From: Carcharhinus amblyrhynchos | Lineage: Eukaryota | Assembly (NCBI GenBank): GCA_965287045.1 | Contig: OZ336888.1 | Location: 13,082,001 to 13,146,000 of the forward strand | Length of the DNA: 64,000 nucleotides | Reading direction: 5' to 3' | In this document: positions 47,710-59,800 of the stretch, one piece after another | Position numbering within the stretch: position 1 is the first letter of the stretch | Layout of the letters: every line of letters begins with the position of its first letter | Position numbers and translations under genes: made by a program | The notes under the pieces: model-generated | Told to the model about the DNA's origin: nothing | The model's database searches: none | Seen by the model: only the letters and a program-made list of their open reading frames with translations

Positions 47710-47823
47710 GGGTACACCTACAGAGACGTGGAAGGTGCATGCTGTGGAAAATGCAAGCGTGCAGTCTGTGAAGTACATGTCTTCAACAGAGGTGATGCAA
47801 ATCTACAAAAAATTGTGCATCAA
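47710..47823 (+). CDS. vwf: VWF exon 44-equivalent (C3/C4, RGD at 47788-47796)
   Basis: 114 nt; GYTYRDVEGACCGKCKRAVCEVHVFNRGDANLQKIVHQ; GTGAGT donor. Confidence 0.96.
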
Positions 47824-47873
47824 GTGAGTATATACAATCCTTTCATATTAGTGAAAATAACAAAGTTTTAATG

Positions 47874-48208
47874 TTTATTTATTCATGTCACAAATAACCT
47901 ACATTAACACAGCAGATAATAAAGAAAACAAATGGAATGTTGGCATTTATAGCTAAAGGAATAGAATATAAAGGAAAGGAAGTATTGTTGTAATTACACA
48001 AGGCATTGGTGAGGCCACACTGAATTTAGCATGGTCAGTCCCCGTAACCAGCATGTCTTTTGGACTCTGGGAGGAAACCGGACCACCCGGAGGAAACCCA
48101 CAGAGACATGGGGAGAACGTGCAGACTCCGCACAGACAGTGAACCACGCTGGGAATCGAACCTGGGTTCCTGGCACTGTGAGGCAGCAGTGCTAACCACT
48201 ATGCCACC
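47874..48208 (-). mobile_element. Tail-B V-SINE whose tail segment is replaced by an internal CR1 RT fragment (~47911-48021, + strand)
   Basis: SINE head 48022-48208 and tail end 47874-47910 flank IIKKTNGMLAFIAKGIEYKGKEVLL-coding DNA. Confidence 0.75.
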
Positions 48209-49048
48209 GTTACCCCAATTTGTGTACTGTTCATCTTGAAGTTTTGTCTGAGAATTTTATTAAGTTATATTTCGGAGGAGGTAAATCCTTCAAACGTCAA
48301 ATCAAAATAAAACAGGAGGAAATGTTGGAAATACAAAGCAAATCATCCCAAATTGGGAAAAGAAAATACACTTTGAGAGTTCTGACACATGGGGAATGAG
48401 TTTCTGGTTAATAGGTAATTTAATGAAGCTCATGACAAATTTCATTCCAATTTTCTTCCTGCACCTAGCAGTGCACTAAGGCAGATTTTCATCTGTTTGC
48501 ATGGCTAGTTATTCCTGGAGCAGATCGCTAGATTGTTAGCAGAGCTTGAGGACACCATTCCACATCAAGTATGGCTGACCACTCTTATTGCCAGCCATTG
48601 ACGTGTTTGGAAGGTTGTCATTGAACTTGTTTGGCCGCATTATGAACACACCTTTCTTGGCCATCAAGGCATGGGGTGGGACTTGAATCTGGAGCCTCTG
48701 GCTCAGAGGCAGAGACACTGTCCACCGTGCCACAAAACTTCCTATTGGGATGAAACACTGATTGCTAAATGATTCGTTTTGGAAGACTGAGGTGGAGCAG
48801 GTTATGGCTAATGTCAACATCAAGATTCATCTCTTTAAGTGTACAGATTCTAGAAGATTCTGTCAATTTTATACTAACAATAGTGAGAACTGGCAGCTTC
48901 CCCGTTACCAGAGCTGTAAATTTTGGGCCATTATGTAATTCTGATGAAAACAATGTCAAATGTAACTGAGCTAATTACATCGGAGCAGTGGTTGCACAGG
49001 ATGAAACTAGCAAAGCCAGACAAGTTACTTCAAAACAATAAAGAGAAT

Positions 49049-49565
49049 TGAAATAATTCCTCAGAGGCCGGTGTCCCTTCATCAAGTCCCCTTTATTTAC
49101 AAACTCTATTCCACTCCTAAGAGTGCTTCAAGTACAAAGCCAGAGTCCTGAGTGCCAATGGACACAGGTGAGATTCCCTGATTAGGTAGGCAATCAGTTT
49201 TTTAAGTTTAATTATTAGTGTCACAAGTAGGCTTACATTAACACTGCAATGAAGTTACTGTGAAAATCCCTGAGTCACCACACTCTGGCACCTATTTGGG
49301 TACACTGAGGGAGAATTTAGCATGGCTAATGCACCTCACCAGCATTGTAGTAGGAAACCGGAGCACTCGGAGGAAACCCACACAGACATGGGAAGATTGT
49401 GCAGACTCCACGCAGACAGTGACTCAAGCCGGGAATCAAACTTGGGTCCCTAGCACTGTGAGGCAGCAGCGATAAGCACTGTGTCACCATGCCACCCCTC
49501 ATTACCTCAATCAAGGAGCTCATATATCGGGGCCAACCTCACGGACCTCATTGAAGTCATTGTAA
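49049..49565 (-). mobile_element. Solo-LTR-like element (same family as 59326) interrupted by a tail-B V-SINE (49212-49494, minus)
   Basis: Reverse complement AATAAAGGGGACTTGATGAAGGG...GAGGAATTATTTCA and TGACTTCAATGAGG...CTCCTTGATT match 59326-59561. Confidence 0.6.
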
Positions 49566-50015
49566 GGACTGGATTTTTAAGTGTTCATTTCAATAAATTT
49601 TCAATTCAGTTAATGATAAACTGGCTTAGCATTTATACCCTAAAGAACAGTTTACAAAGCATGCAGTATTTATTCTAGAAGAATGTCAGCTTATATTATG
49701 TACTTAAGCCATGGATGCAAGACTTCAGTTTCTACTTTCAACTCAGGAGGTCTTAACGCCGCTAACTGAACCAAGCTAATACCTTCACATGTTAAGATGC
49801 AATGTTTGAATGATTAAATCATGAGGAAAGTAATTGTTGCTGGAACAGAAACTTAAAAATCAGCCTCATACTGAGGTATGATCAAACTTATCATTGATAC
49901 TGAATAGGAAGGTGCTAGCAGCATGAAAACCCCAAACTGAACTACCAGGGCAACAGTGTTGGCAACTTCCTTCATGTGTTTTTGTGAAGTGTAACCTCCT
50001 GCTGTTATCCTGTAG

Positions 50016-50199
50016 GCTGGTGAGGAGTGGCCATCCCAGGATGATCCGTGTATCACACTGGAATGCATGGAGCTCAATGGAGAAGTGATTGTGCATCAGA
50101 AGAATAAGTCTTGTACCCACATTGATGTCCCCAAGTGTCCTCTCGGTTATGACCTGCGGTGCGACAGAGTCGTCAATTGTTGTCCAGTTTGTCAGTGTG
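50016..50199 (+). CDS. vwf: VWF exon 45-equivalent (C4)
   Basis: 184 nt; AGEEWPSQDDPCITLECMELNGEVIVHQKNKSCTHIDVPKCPLGYDLRCDRVVNCCPVCQC. Confidence 0.96.
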
Positions 50200-50434
50200 G
50201 TGAGTTTTTCAAATCGCAGCTCCCATTATCTGCTCTCTAAATGTTGACTGTTCTCAGCTTTCATGATAAAGGAATGATTGATTGTTGCTCAATTTCCATT
50301 GGGAGCCACAACAACAGCAATTTGCATTTATATAGCATTTTTAATATTGTAAAAGATGCCTGGGAGCTCATTGCGATGGGCCCACAACCTGAGAGTTGGG
50401 GGGTGGGGGGAGGGTGGTGTGGGATGGAGGGGGT

Positions 50435-51150
50435 AATGGCATAGTGTTATTGTCACTGGATTAGTAATCCAGAGAACCAGGATAAAGCTCTGGAGACCTG
50501 GGTTTGAATCCCACCACAACAGGTTAGACAGGGTAGATTCAGAAAGAATGTTTCCAGTTGTGGGGGAATCCAGAACAAGGGGTCATAGTTTGAGGAAGAG
50601 GGGTAAACCTTTTAGAACTGAGGTGAGGAGAAATTTTATCACCCAGAGGTGAATGAGTAGAATTCATTGCCATAGCAAGTCGTTGAGGCTACAATCTTGT
50701 CTGATTTCAAGAAGAAATTAGATATAGATCTTGGGGCTAAAGGGATCAAGGGATATGGAGGGAAGGAGGGATTGGAGATACTGAATTTGATGATCAGCCA
50801 TGATCAAGATGAATGGCGGAGGAGGCGCGAAGGGCTCAATGGCCTCCTCTTGCTTCTCTGTTTCTGTGTAACAGATGGGGAAATTTGAGTTCAATAAGAA
50901 AAAATCTGGAATTATTGATAACCATTAAACCATTGTTGAAAAAACCCATCTGGTTCACTAATGTCCTTTAGGGAAGGAAATCTGCCATCCTTACCTTGTC
51001 TGGTCTACATGTGATTCCAGACCCATAGCAATGTGGTTGCCTCTTAACTGCCCTTCTGAAATGCAAGACACTCAATTAAAGGGGCAATTAGGGATGGGCA
51101 GTCAATGCTGATGCAGCCAACGACATCCACATCCCCTGAATTAATAAATG
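50435..51150 (+). mobile_element. tRNA-derived SINE (second family, L2-type tail) interrupted by a CR1 3' fragment (50522-50868)
   Basis: TAGTAATCCAGAG...GGGTTTGAATCCCACC head; TCACTAATGTCCTTTAGGGAAGGAAATCTGCC core; matches 61200-61570. Confidence 0.78.
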
Positions 51151-51703
51151 GAAAAGAATAAATGTATGGAATTCAAAAGCTGCGCCTCCTGAATGCTCAA
51201 CTACATGCCAGGGATTCCAGACTGCTTAAAGCTGGCCCTGTCATCTAACACAATGGGTGCCACCATACCAGGATTTTCCAGCCCCGTCAGGGTTATGCAT
51301 CACCGTGGGTGGGCTGGCAGAATTAGGAGAGAGTTTGGCCGCCCTACCAATTGCTGGCAGGTATGGAAAATCCTGCCCGATGTGTACCTCTTTTTGTAAA
51401 ATCAACCTTGTTCCAAAGAACTGGTCCTTGCACTAACACCTTAGTTTTAGATGTCTTTTGGATAATTGGTTGATGATGTTTATTGGTTAACCAAGTTAAC
51501 TGTACTGAGTTACCGAGAGTCATACTCTGAGGGGTGAAGGTGATGTTTATGGTTGAAGCTGAGGTGTTTGAGGTTAATGTTTGGAAGTTCTATTTCCAGT
51601 ATTCCATAAGGTGATACGAAAAGGCAAATTTTGTCTCCTTGGGATTATCTTCCCTTTTACCCTCCTTTTTCAATTAACCCATGCAAGAGAGTTCTTGAAA
51701 ATA

Positions 51704-51990
51704 AGCGGCATGGTGGCACAGTGGTTAGCACTGCTGCTGGTTCAATTCTAGCCCAGGATGACTGTCTGTGTGGAGTTAGCACATTCTCCCCATGTCTACG
51801 TGGGTTTCTTCCAGATGCTCTGGTTTCCTCCCACAGTCCAAAGACTTGGGATGTAGGTTGATTGGCCATGATAAATTGACCCTAGTGTCAGGGGATTAGC
51901 AGGGTAAAAGTGCAGGGTTACAGGAATAGAGGCTGGGTGGGATGGTGGTCGATGGGCCAAATGGCCTCCTTCTGCACTGTAGGGATTCTA
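51704..51990 (+). mobile_element. V-SINE with CR1-type tail
   Basis: Head, central domain and tail as in the other copies. Confidence 0.85.
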
Positions 51991-52696
51991 ATGAAGCAGC
52001 TTGGTTACTGGTTACTGATCATGAGAATATAAATCTTTAACCTTTACAAAGACCATGTCATTCTGCTTGGGTGTCTTGAGAGCCTTTTCCCCATCAGTAT
52101 TAATGCTTTGGAGTCTGGGGAATGCACTAACATTTGCTGCTGCTTTTCCACAGGGGAAGCGATTGCTTGGGTGAAGTACACATTAAAACCTGGTTTGCCA
52201 CACCTGCGTACTGCAGGTTAACCTGTGTTTCTGATGCTCTCTGATATAATATGAAATAAGTTGGAGTTTTGTAATCACATTACCAGTTAAAGACAAGGGT
52301 CTCCCAATTGTCAATGCTATCTACGGATCAGACTCCAGCAGATAGTAATACGGTGAAGTGGAGGCTGTTCTCATAGCATTTCCAATAGGTGTACTTGGAT
52401 TTGAATGGATAAAGGTAAATATGATAGCCCACCCCAGTACAAGTAAAGCTACCTTGCATCCATAGTTTTGTCTTCTTTCATGCTCATCCTCATCCAATGC
52501 CTGGGTTGTGAATTACAATGTGACAATAATGTCTCCCTAAGTGCTTACTTGTTATGAAGGTCAGTGGGAGCACTTTCATTATTGCCCATTTTATACCAAT
52601 GGGCTGAATGACTATTGTATCTTGGCAAGACAGTCAACAAGTACACCCATTCAATAATCTGGTCTTTAATGAATCTCTCAGCCATTGCACACTATA

Positions 52697-52989
52697 GGGG
52701 CAGCAGGGTAACAGTGGTTAACACTGCTGCCTCACAGTGCCAGGGACCCGGGTTCATTTCCAGCCTCGGGTCAGTCTCTGTGTGGAGTTTGCATGTTATC
52801 CTTGTGTCTGTGTGGGTTTCTTCCGGTACTCCGGTTTCCAGATTGGATGGATTGGTCATGGTAAATTGAATCTTAGTGTCAGGGGATTAGCAAGGTAAAT
52901 CAGTGGGGTATGGGGATGGGTTTAGGTGGAATTGTTGTCGGTGCAGATTCAATAGGCCAAATAGCCACCTTCTGCACTGTAGGGATTCC
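52697..52989 (+). mobile_element. V-SINE with CR1-type tail
   Basis: CAGTGGTTAACACTGCTGCCTCACAGTGCCAGGGACCCGGGTTC...CTGCACTGTAGGGATTC. Confidence 0.85.
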
Positions 52990-53104
52990 ATCTGCCCTTA
53001 GGTATGTAACCTATGCTTATGATATTGGCATTCTAGATAGAAAAAAAATCATAAAAGGCCTGAAAATAGAATCACAACCAATTCTATGAGTTTAATTTGT
53101 TTTA

Positions 53105-53755
53105 AGGTTCATTCATGGGATATGGGTGTCGCTGGCGGCATGGTAACAAGCTGCTGCCTCACAGCGCCAGGGACGCGGGCTCAATTCTCAGCTTGGGTCA
53201 TTGTCTCTTTGGAGTTTGCATGTTCTCCCTGTGTCTGCATGGGTTTCCTCCGGGTGCTATGAATTCCTCCCACAGTCCAAAGATGAACAGGTTAGGCTGA
53301 TTGCCTATGGTAAATTGCCCCTTAGTGTCAAGGGATTACCAGCGTAAATATCTAAGGTTACAGGGATAGGGGCTGGGTGGGATTGTGGTTGGTGCAGACG
53401 TGATGGGCCCAATGGCCTCCTTCTGCACTGATAGGGATTTTATGGTTGGACTAGCATTTGTTGCCCATCCCTGAGGGTGGTTAAGAATCAACCATGTTGC
53501 TGTGGTTCTGGAGTCACATGTAGGCCAGACCAGATAAGAACGGCAGATTTCCTTCTTTAAAGGACATTAGTGAACCAGATGGGTTTTTACGAGAATCAAC
53601 AATGGTTTCATGGTCATCAGTAGATTCTTAATTCCAGATTCTTTATTGAACTCAAATTTCACCATCTCCCGTGATGGGATTCGAACCCAGGTCCCCAGAG
53701 CATTACCTGGCTCTCTGGATTATTAGTCCAGCGATCCTAGCACTACTAGGCCACT
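53105..53755 (-). mobile_element. Second-family SINE (minus) with a nested V-SINE (53132-53444, plus)
   Basis: TTCATGGGATATGGGTGTCGCTGGC tail continues as GCATTTGTTGCCCATCCCT after the V-SINE; head GGGATTCGAACCCAGG at ~53680. Confidence 0.78.
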
Positions 53756-53908
53756 ACCTCCCCTGATATTGTAACCATGTTTGAATTGGACTAAGAACAA
53801 CAAGGCATGCTTTATAACTCAGAAAATGTCAGTGAACATCATGGAAAATTCAGATTTTATTGTACCCTTTAATAGTATGAATAATACTAACCAACATTTA
53901 TTCTGTAG

Positions 53909-53949
53909 TTCCAGGAAATGTTTGCATACTGAATGGAACCAGCATTGGG
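53909..53949 (+). CDS. vwf: VWF exon 46-equivalent (C5 start)
   Basis: 41 nt; VPGNVCILNGTSIG (human RMEACMLNGTVIG); upstream TACTAAC branch-like motif; GTAAGA donor. Confidence 0.92.
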
Positions 53950-55961
53950 GTAAGACATTGGATGGTTTTAATGCTTTATTACATTGCACTGTATGTGTTA
54001 CATAACAATAGTTGTGTTTTTTTTAATTGAGAATCCTTGGTGCTCATCCATAGACCTAAGTGCACAGCAATATCTAGATGGAGACGTGTGGGGGAAGAAG
54101 GGGTTAATCTGGAAATACTGGCTAGGCAAAGTTAAGTCAGAGTTTTAGAAGCTTGAGGATCGCAGGAGGAAAGGAAGGTTGAGGGAGGAGAATAGGTGCA
54201 CAGTTTTGAGGGGCTAGAGATAGAATGATTTGAAAGGGAAATTGTATAAATGTTTTCAAAGCAGCAAAGACATGGAAAAGAACATTCTGTAGCGAGGAGA
54301 AGAACCTTCTCACGAGGAAAGAGGCAGTGAAAATTCAGATGGAAGTCATTGATCAGATCAGGTAGAGGGAAGGATCCAGAACAGAATGACCTGAACAGTG
54401 AAAAAGGAAGCAAAACTGTAAGGTTATCAGGATTTCCCTCGTCTCTGACAGAAGATGCTACTCAAATTTCTTGCAGAAGGAACAATAGAGGAAACTGTAA
54501 AGGAGGACCGACTGTGGTAGAAAATATAAAATGGAGGGAGAGAGAGAGCATAACAGCAGGAGAGAAGTTAGAGGGCCGAAGCAGAAAAAAAACCTCCTCT
54601 TTCACCGGAGCTGCTTGTACTCTCTCCAAGAGTGCAAAGAATTTGCATAAAATTTATATTTATGATCATGAGAAAATTCGAAGCATTAGAAGCAACAAAA
54701 GAGACAGTCAAACACATAATTTCAACTTCAGGCACAGGGCAAGTGACTTGAGAATGGCTCAGCCCAGGTGGAGAGAGTGTGGATGTGAGACCAAACAGAA
54801 AAAGGAATCCATGATAGAAAGAACTCCTTAGCTGAGACCTTATAGAATTGATACAGACTGGGAAAATATTAAAAGAAACTGAAAAGCTTTGATATTGTCG
54901 GAAGGAAACCAATGGAACTGTGGACATATTGTTTAGATCCAGATGGAGACAAGGAACCAGGAACAAGCAGAAACTCTACAACCATCAAGGTGGAAGACAC
55001 TCCTATTGAACAATGAGAGTGTAATATTCATCCAGAACCTCAAACTGAAACCAAGACCTGATTAGAGATCTTGGTTAAGGCACCAGGGAGGCTCACTGCA
55101 ATTAGTCTGAAACTTTGACTGGGGAGGGGAGATGTTAGAAAGATGTATATAGCTGGGATAAAGACCTGGCAGGAGCTATAGAATAAAGAGTTAACATCAG
55201 GAGCACTTGGTACTGATGTAACTGCTGATATAACTGATGCAATGTCACACGATTAAGTAACTGAGATCTGGTGGGAAGCAGATGTAAAGTATTGAAATGT
55301 ATATATCCACCTTTAAATAAATAAGAATACTTTTTTATGAAAACAGCCTACACTTAGGGTAACTGGGAAACCCCGGAGAATCCCCAACTAAGTCCCGAAC
55401 CCCAAACAAAACAAAGGCCCAAGTTGTGACCACAGCACCCATGTCTAGGAGCAAAGAAGAATTCTTGTACTCAGTCTAAAGTCCTTCCACATCTGTCACT
55501 CCACTCCCTTAGACATTAGTGACTGCAAATAACTCAAACAGCCAATTTGCAGTGACAAACAAACATCTATTAGCAATTAATCTGAAAGTAGTTGAGGATG
55601 TTTTTAACATGTGTTCAGCTGAGTGTGTTTAAAGACCAGCATTGAGTACACTGTGGGTCTCCAAACAGATAAAGCTGGCATTAAATCAGTTTTACAGACC
55701 GATTAGTGACACAATCTGTCCACTCTATATTACTCCTCCAGCACTAATGCCCTTACAAAAAATGATGTCCAGCATGGCTTCCACCAGAAACGTGTGCACT
55801 GTTAGGATACATGGTCAGAAACCCCATGGTATATTCTGAAGCCAGGCTAGATCCCAACAATTGCTCTATTTTGACATTAATATGAGGAAAGGATGCTTCG
55901 TTTCAGGGCGATCCCACTGACAAATTAGGGATTTTTTTATCAAAACAAGCTTTATGCATTT

Positions 55962-56235
55962 ACGGATGGCGCAGTGGTTAACACTGCTCCCTCCTAGTGC
56001 CAGGGATCTGCGTCCAATTCCCAACTTGGGTGAATGTGCAGAGTCTGCACATTCTCCCCATGTCTGCATGGGTTTCCTCCAGGTGCTCCATTTTCCTTCC
56101 ACAGTCTGAAAGACGTGCTGGTTAGATGCATTGGCCACGTTCAATTCTCTCTCATTGTACCCGAACAGATGCTGGAGTGTAGTGACGAGGGGATTTTCAG
56201 TAACTTCATTGAAGTGTTAATGTAAGCCTACTTGT
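55962..56235 (+). mobile_element. V-SINE with tail B
   Basis: GGCGCAGTGGTTAACACTGC head; GTGTTAATGTAAGCCTACTTGT tail. Confidence 0.82.
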
Positions 56236-57154
56236 TTAAACTAAAACTTAACAGTTTAAATATACCTCTAACAAAATGAAACAGTTTAACTCTTAATCAA
56301 TGAGTAATCTTTAAACATGGAAAGAAACAAGCTCTTGAGTTCTAACTTGGTACTGTTCAGTTCCAATTAAGCAATATTTCTTTTATCAGCTTAAACCCCT
56401 CTAAAAAATAGTCAACAAATCCAGGCATACTTGCTTTGATTTGGGTTAACATCTCTGGAATGCCTAGAGAGATTTTGTGGTGAGAGGGAGGGAGGTAGAT
56501 AGACAGAGTGCTGCTTGTAGACTTGTATGTTTAAATATCCTTCTCCAGCCACTGAACTCAGAAAACTGTTTTTCTCAGCCGCAGACCTATTTAGCCCATT
56601 TCTGGTGTCAGATGACTATATGACACTGTGTATCTAACTCAATGATTTTGATCAAGGAAACACCCCAAAGTTCCTTTTCTTTGGTAAACAAAAGCTCATT
56701 AAACCTTCTGCTAAATAAACATGGCTGAAAGGAGGAATTAACTTGCTTTTCAACATCCGCAGTATTCCTCCCAGACTGCAACCACTTTTAATAAGACTCT
56801 GCCTCGTAAAGCAGTCCTCCTTAAATATAAAACATACATCAATAGAATAGAATCATCACAGCAAATGCATGACCAGTGATAAAACAAACTGGGCACTAAA
56901 GAGCCCAATTTGCCCTATTCATCCTTCTAAGTTATTTGGCTACTATTAGCTCCACCTTGTGGGAGCTACTAATAATGCAATAGTTTAGAATCTACATGAC
57001 ACTCCTGTATGTGTTGGGGCATTCAGAGTGATCGAGCACCCTCTACAGAGTCTAGCATCTTTCAAAATAGGGAGAACTAGTTTCTTTCTATGACTCTCTT
57101 TATATTAGGACCTTACTTCATTTACTCAACTTCACTTACATCAACTTTTATCAT

Positions 57155-58510
57155 TTATAGGCCCATGAGCTTGATATCAGTGACGGTGAAACTGTTGGAG
57201 AAGATTCTTAGGAATAGGATCTATACATATTTGGAACTGAATGGTCTTGTTAGCAACAGAGAGCATGGTTTTGTGCGTGGGAAGTCATCTCTCAATAATT
57301 TGAATTTTTTGAGGAGGTGACAATAATTATTGATGAGAGAAGGGCTGTGGGTGTTGTCCACGTGGACTTTAGTAAGTATTTGACAAGGTCTCTCATGGCA
57401 GACTAGTGGAAAAGGTTAAATCTCACAGGATCAGGGGTGAGCTAGCTAGATGTATTCAGAACTGGCTTGGCCATGGAAGGTAGAGGGTAGCAGTGGAAGG
57501 ATGTTTTTCTGAATGGAGGTCTGTGACTAGTAGTGTTCCGCAAGTGCTGGGATCTCTGCTGTTTGTAATGACTTGGAAGAAAACGTAGCTGATCTGATTA
57601 GCAAATTTGTGAATGATACTAAAATTGTTGGAGTTGTGGATAGCGAGGAAGATTATCAGAGAATACAGCAGGATATAGATGGACTGGAAAATTGGGCAGA
57701 GAAATGGCAGATGGAATTTAATCTGGACAAATGCGAGGTGATGCATTTTGGTAGATCCAATTCAGGTGGGAGCTATAAAATAAATGGCAGAACCATCAGG
57801 AGCATAGACGCACGGAGTGATCTGGGGGTACAGGTCCACAGATCCTTAAAAGTGGCAGCACAGGTGGAGAAGATGATGAAGAAAGCATTAGGCATGCTTG
57901 CCTTCATTGGCCAGGGCACTGAATATAAAAGTTGGCAAATAATGTTGCAGTTGTATAACCCTTTTTTTTAGGCCACATTTGGAATAGTCTGTCCAATTCT
58001 GGTCACCACACTACCAGAAGGGCATGGAGGCCTCGGAGACAACAGAAAAGGTTTACCAGCATGTATGTTGCCTGGCATGGAGGGTATTATGAGGAGAGAT
58101 TGAATAAACTGGGCTTGTTCTCCCTGGTAAGACAGAGACAAAGGGGAGATCTGATAGAAGTTCATAAAATTATGAGAGGCATAGATAGGATGAACAGTTG
58201 GAAGCTTTTACCCAGTGCAGAAATGGTAATTACAAGGGGGCACAAGTTCCAGATAAGGGGTGTAAAGGTTCAGTGGAAATGTGTGGGGGAAGTTTGTTAC
58301 ACAGAGGGTAGTGGCGGCCTGGAATGCACTGCTAAGTGAGGTGGTTGAGACAGTTACGTTAGCCACATTTAGGATTTATCTTGATAGACATATGAATAAA
58401 CAGGGAATAGAGGGATATAAGTGGTTAGTTTAGATAGGTAATCATGATTGGTTCAGGCTTGGAAGGCTGGAGAGCCTATTCCTGTGTGGTATTGTTCTTT
58501 ATTCTTTGTT
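57155..58510 (+). mobile_element. Degraded CR1 LINE (RT to 3' UTR)
   Basis: YRPMSLIS, HGFVRGKS, ISKFVNDTKI, WQMEFNLDKCEVMHFG; many frameshifts. Confidence 0.9.
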
Positions 58511-58563
58511 TTAGGTTAAAACATTAAAGTAAAAATGTTTAACCAGCTCTAATGACATTACGT

Positions 58564-58740
58564 GGGTGGCACAATGATTAGCAGTGCTGCCTCACAGTGC
58601 CAGGTTCGGTGCATTGGCCATGCTAAATTCTCCCTTAGTGTACCTGAACAGGCGCAGGAGTGTGGCGACTTGGGGATTTTCACAGTATCTTCATTGCAGT
58701 GTTAATGTAAGCTGACTTGTTTCACTAAGAAATAAACTTT
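58564..58740 (+). mobile_element. Tail-B V-SINE with internal deletion of the central domain
   Basis: Head joins directly to GGTGCATTGGCCATGCTAAATTCTCCC and tail B. Confidence 0.75.
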
Positions 58741-59325
58741 ATCTACTAGGTTAACGCAGGTGCTATTCTCAGTGAAAATAAAGATCTGCTAATATCATTC
58801 TTAGTAATTTCTAGCTTTCCATTTCTTGCATTAAGATCCATGGATATTTTGGAGTGCTTATAAAACACACCAGTATTAAATATAGTGGAGAAATTCAGAT
58901 TAGAAAAAGGTCACAGGAGGAAAGCAAGTACGATCTGATAGGAAACAATGTCCTTGGAATCACCAGCAGGATTCACTTTATATTCAGATCATTGATACTT
59001 CACCTTGTGCTGACAGAGACTTTTAGTCATCACATTAATTGCGGTTAGAAATGCAGGAAGACATTTGTATTGAAGAATTAATGATTCTGATTTTATCGCT
59101 GTAACATTAATGTTCAGTTAATTTTCCACCCAGTAAATCTCCGCCACATTGCACTCTCCTTGGGTATTTTCATTGTAGCCTTCTATTTCTTATTCAGCTG
59201 TCACATTGACTGCAATAGCTGGTACCAACATGAGACTGGCTGTAAAGGTTATGAAAAGCTGAATTAGGAAGCCATGATTAAATAAGGTATGAACATACAT
59301 TAAACAACCATACTCATTAAGTTTG

Positions 59326-59561
59326 TGTACTGACTTTAATCAGGCAATTGAGGTGGGCCTGTTAGAATATCAACTCCCTGATTAAGGGCCAAATTGATGG
59401 ACCTGCCAGGGAGCCTCTTATTTTGTACTTAGCCAGGGGTGTCAGTTCCTCTGGGACTCCTAGTGCAGACGGCTGACTGAACGCTCTCTGTATGCTGTTG
59501 TCAGACTGGAAAATAAAGGGATTTTGGTGAAGGGGAATTTAGCCACCGAGGAATTATTACA
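59326..59561 (+). mobile_element. Solo-LTR-like element, 236 bp, TG...CA ends
   Basis: Starts TGTAC and ends TTACA; AATAAA at ~59511; flanks GTTTG/GCTTG (imperfect 5-bp TSD); second copy at 49049. Confidence 0.6.
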
Positions 59562-59680
59562 GCTTGGAAGCAAAATCAGTGACGCACCTTAAACCATCAG
59601 TGTGATGTGCACCTATGTCTCAATACTTTGTGAAATATTTGCTGAATATTGAAAGTTATTTCACCTCTCTTCTTTTCTAG

Positions 59681-59800
59681 GCAGGAGAGTCTTTGAGAAT
59701 AGATGACTGCACCCAGTGTCATTGTTCTGAAGAAGCTGACATATCAAGAAACACACATTCACTCCAGTGTAGAACAATGCGCTGCAAAGGTTGCCCTGAT
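59681..59800 (+). CDS. vwf: VWF exon 47-equivalent (C5)
   Basis: 120 nt; AGESLRIDDCTQCHCSEEADISRNTHSLQCRTMRCKGCPD; GTAAGA donor. Confidence 0.94.

Noticed and set aside
54349-54966. 160-aa and 132-aa overlapping ORFs in a purine-rich tract
   Set aside because: No recognisable motif or splice context; probably decayed repeat sequence that I could not classify
55330-56860. Possible long solo LTR (also 15180-15730 and 10330-10680)
   Set aside because: Termini and TSDs could not be defined and no second copy was found in the window
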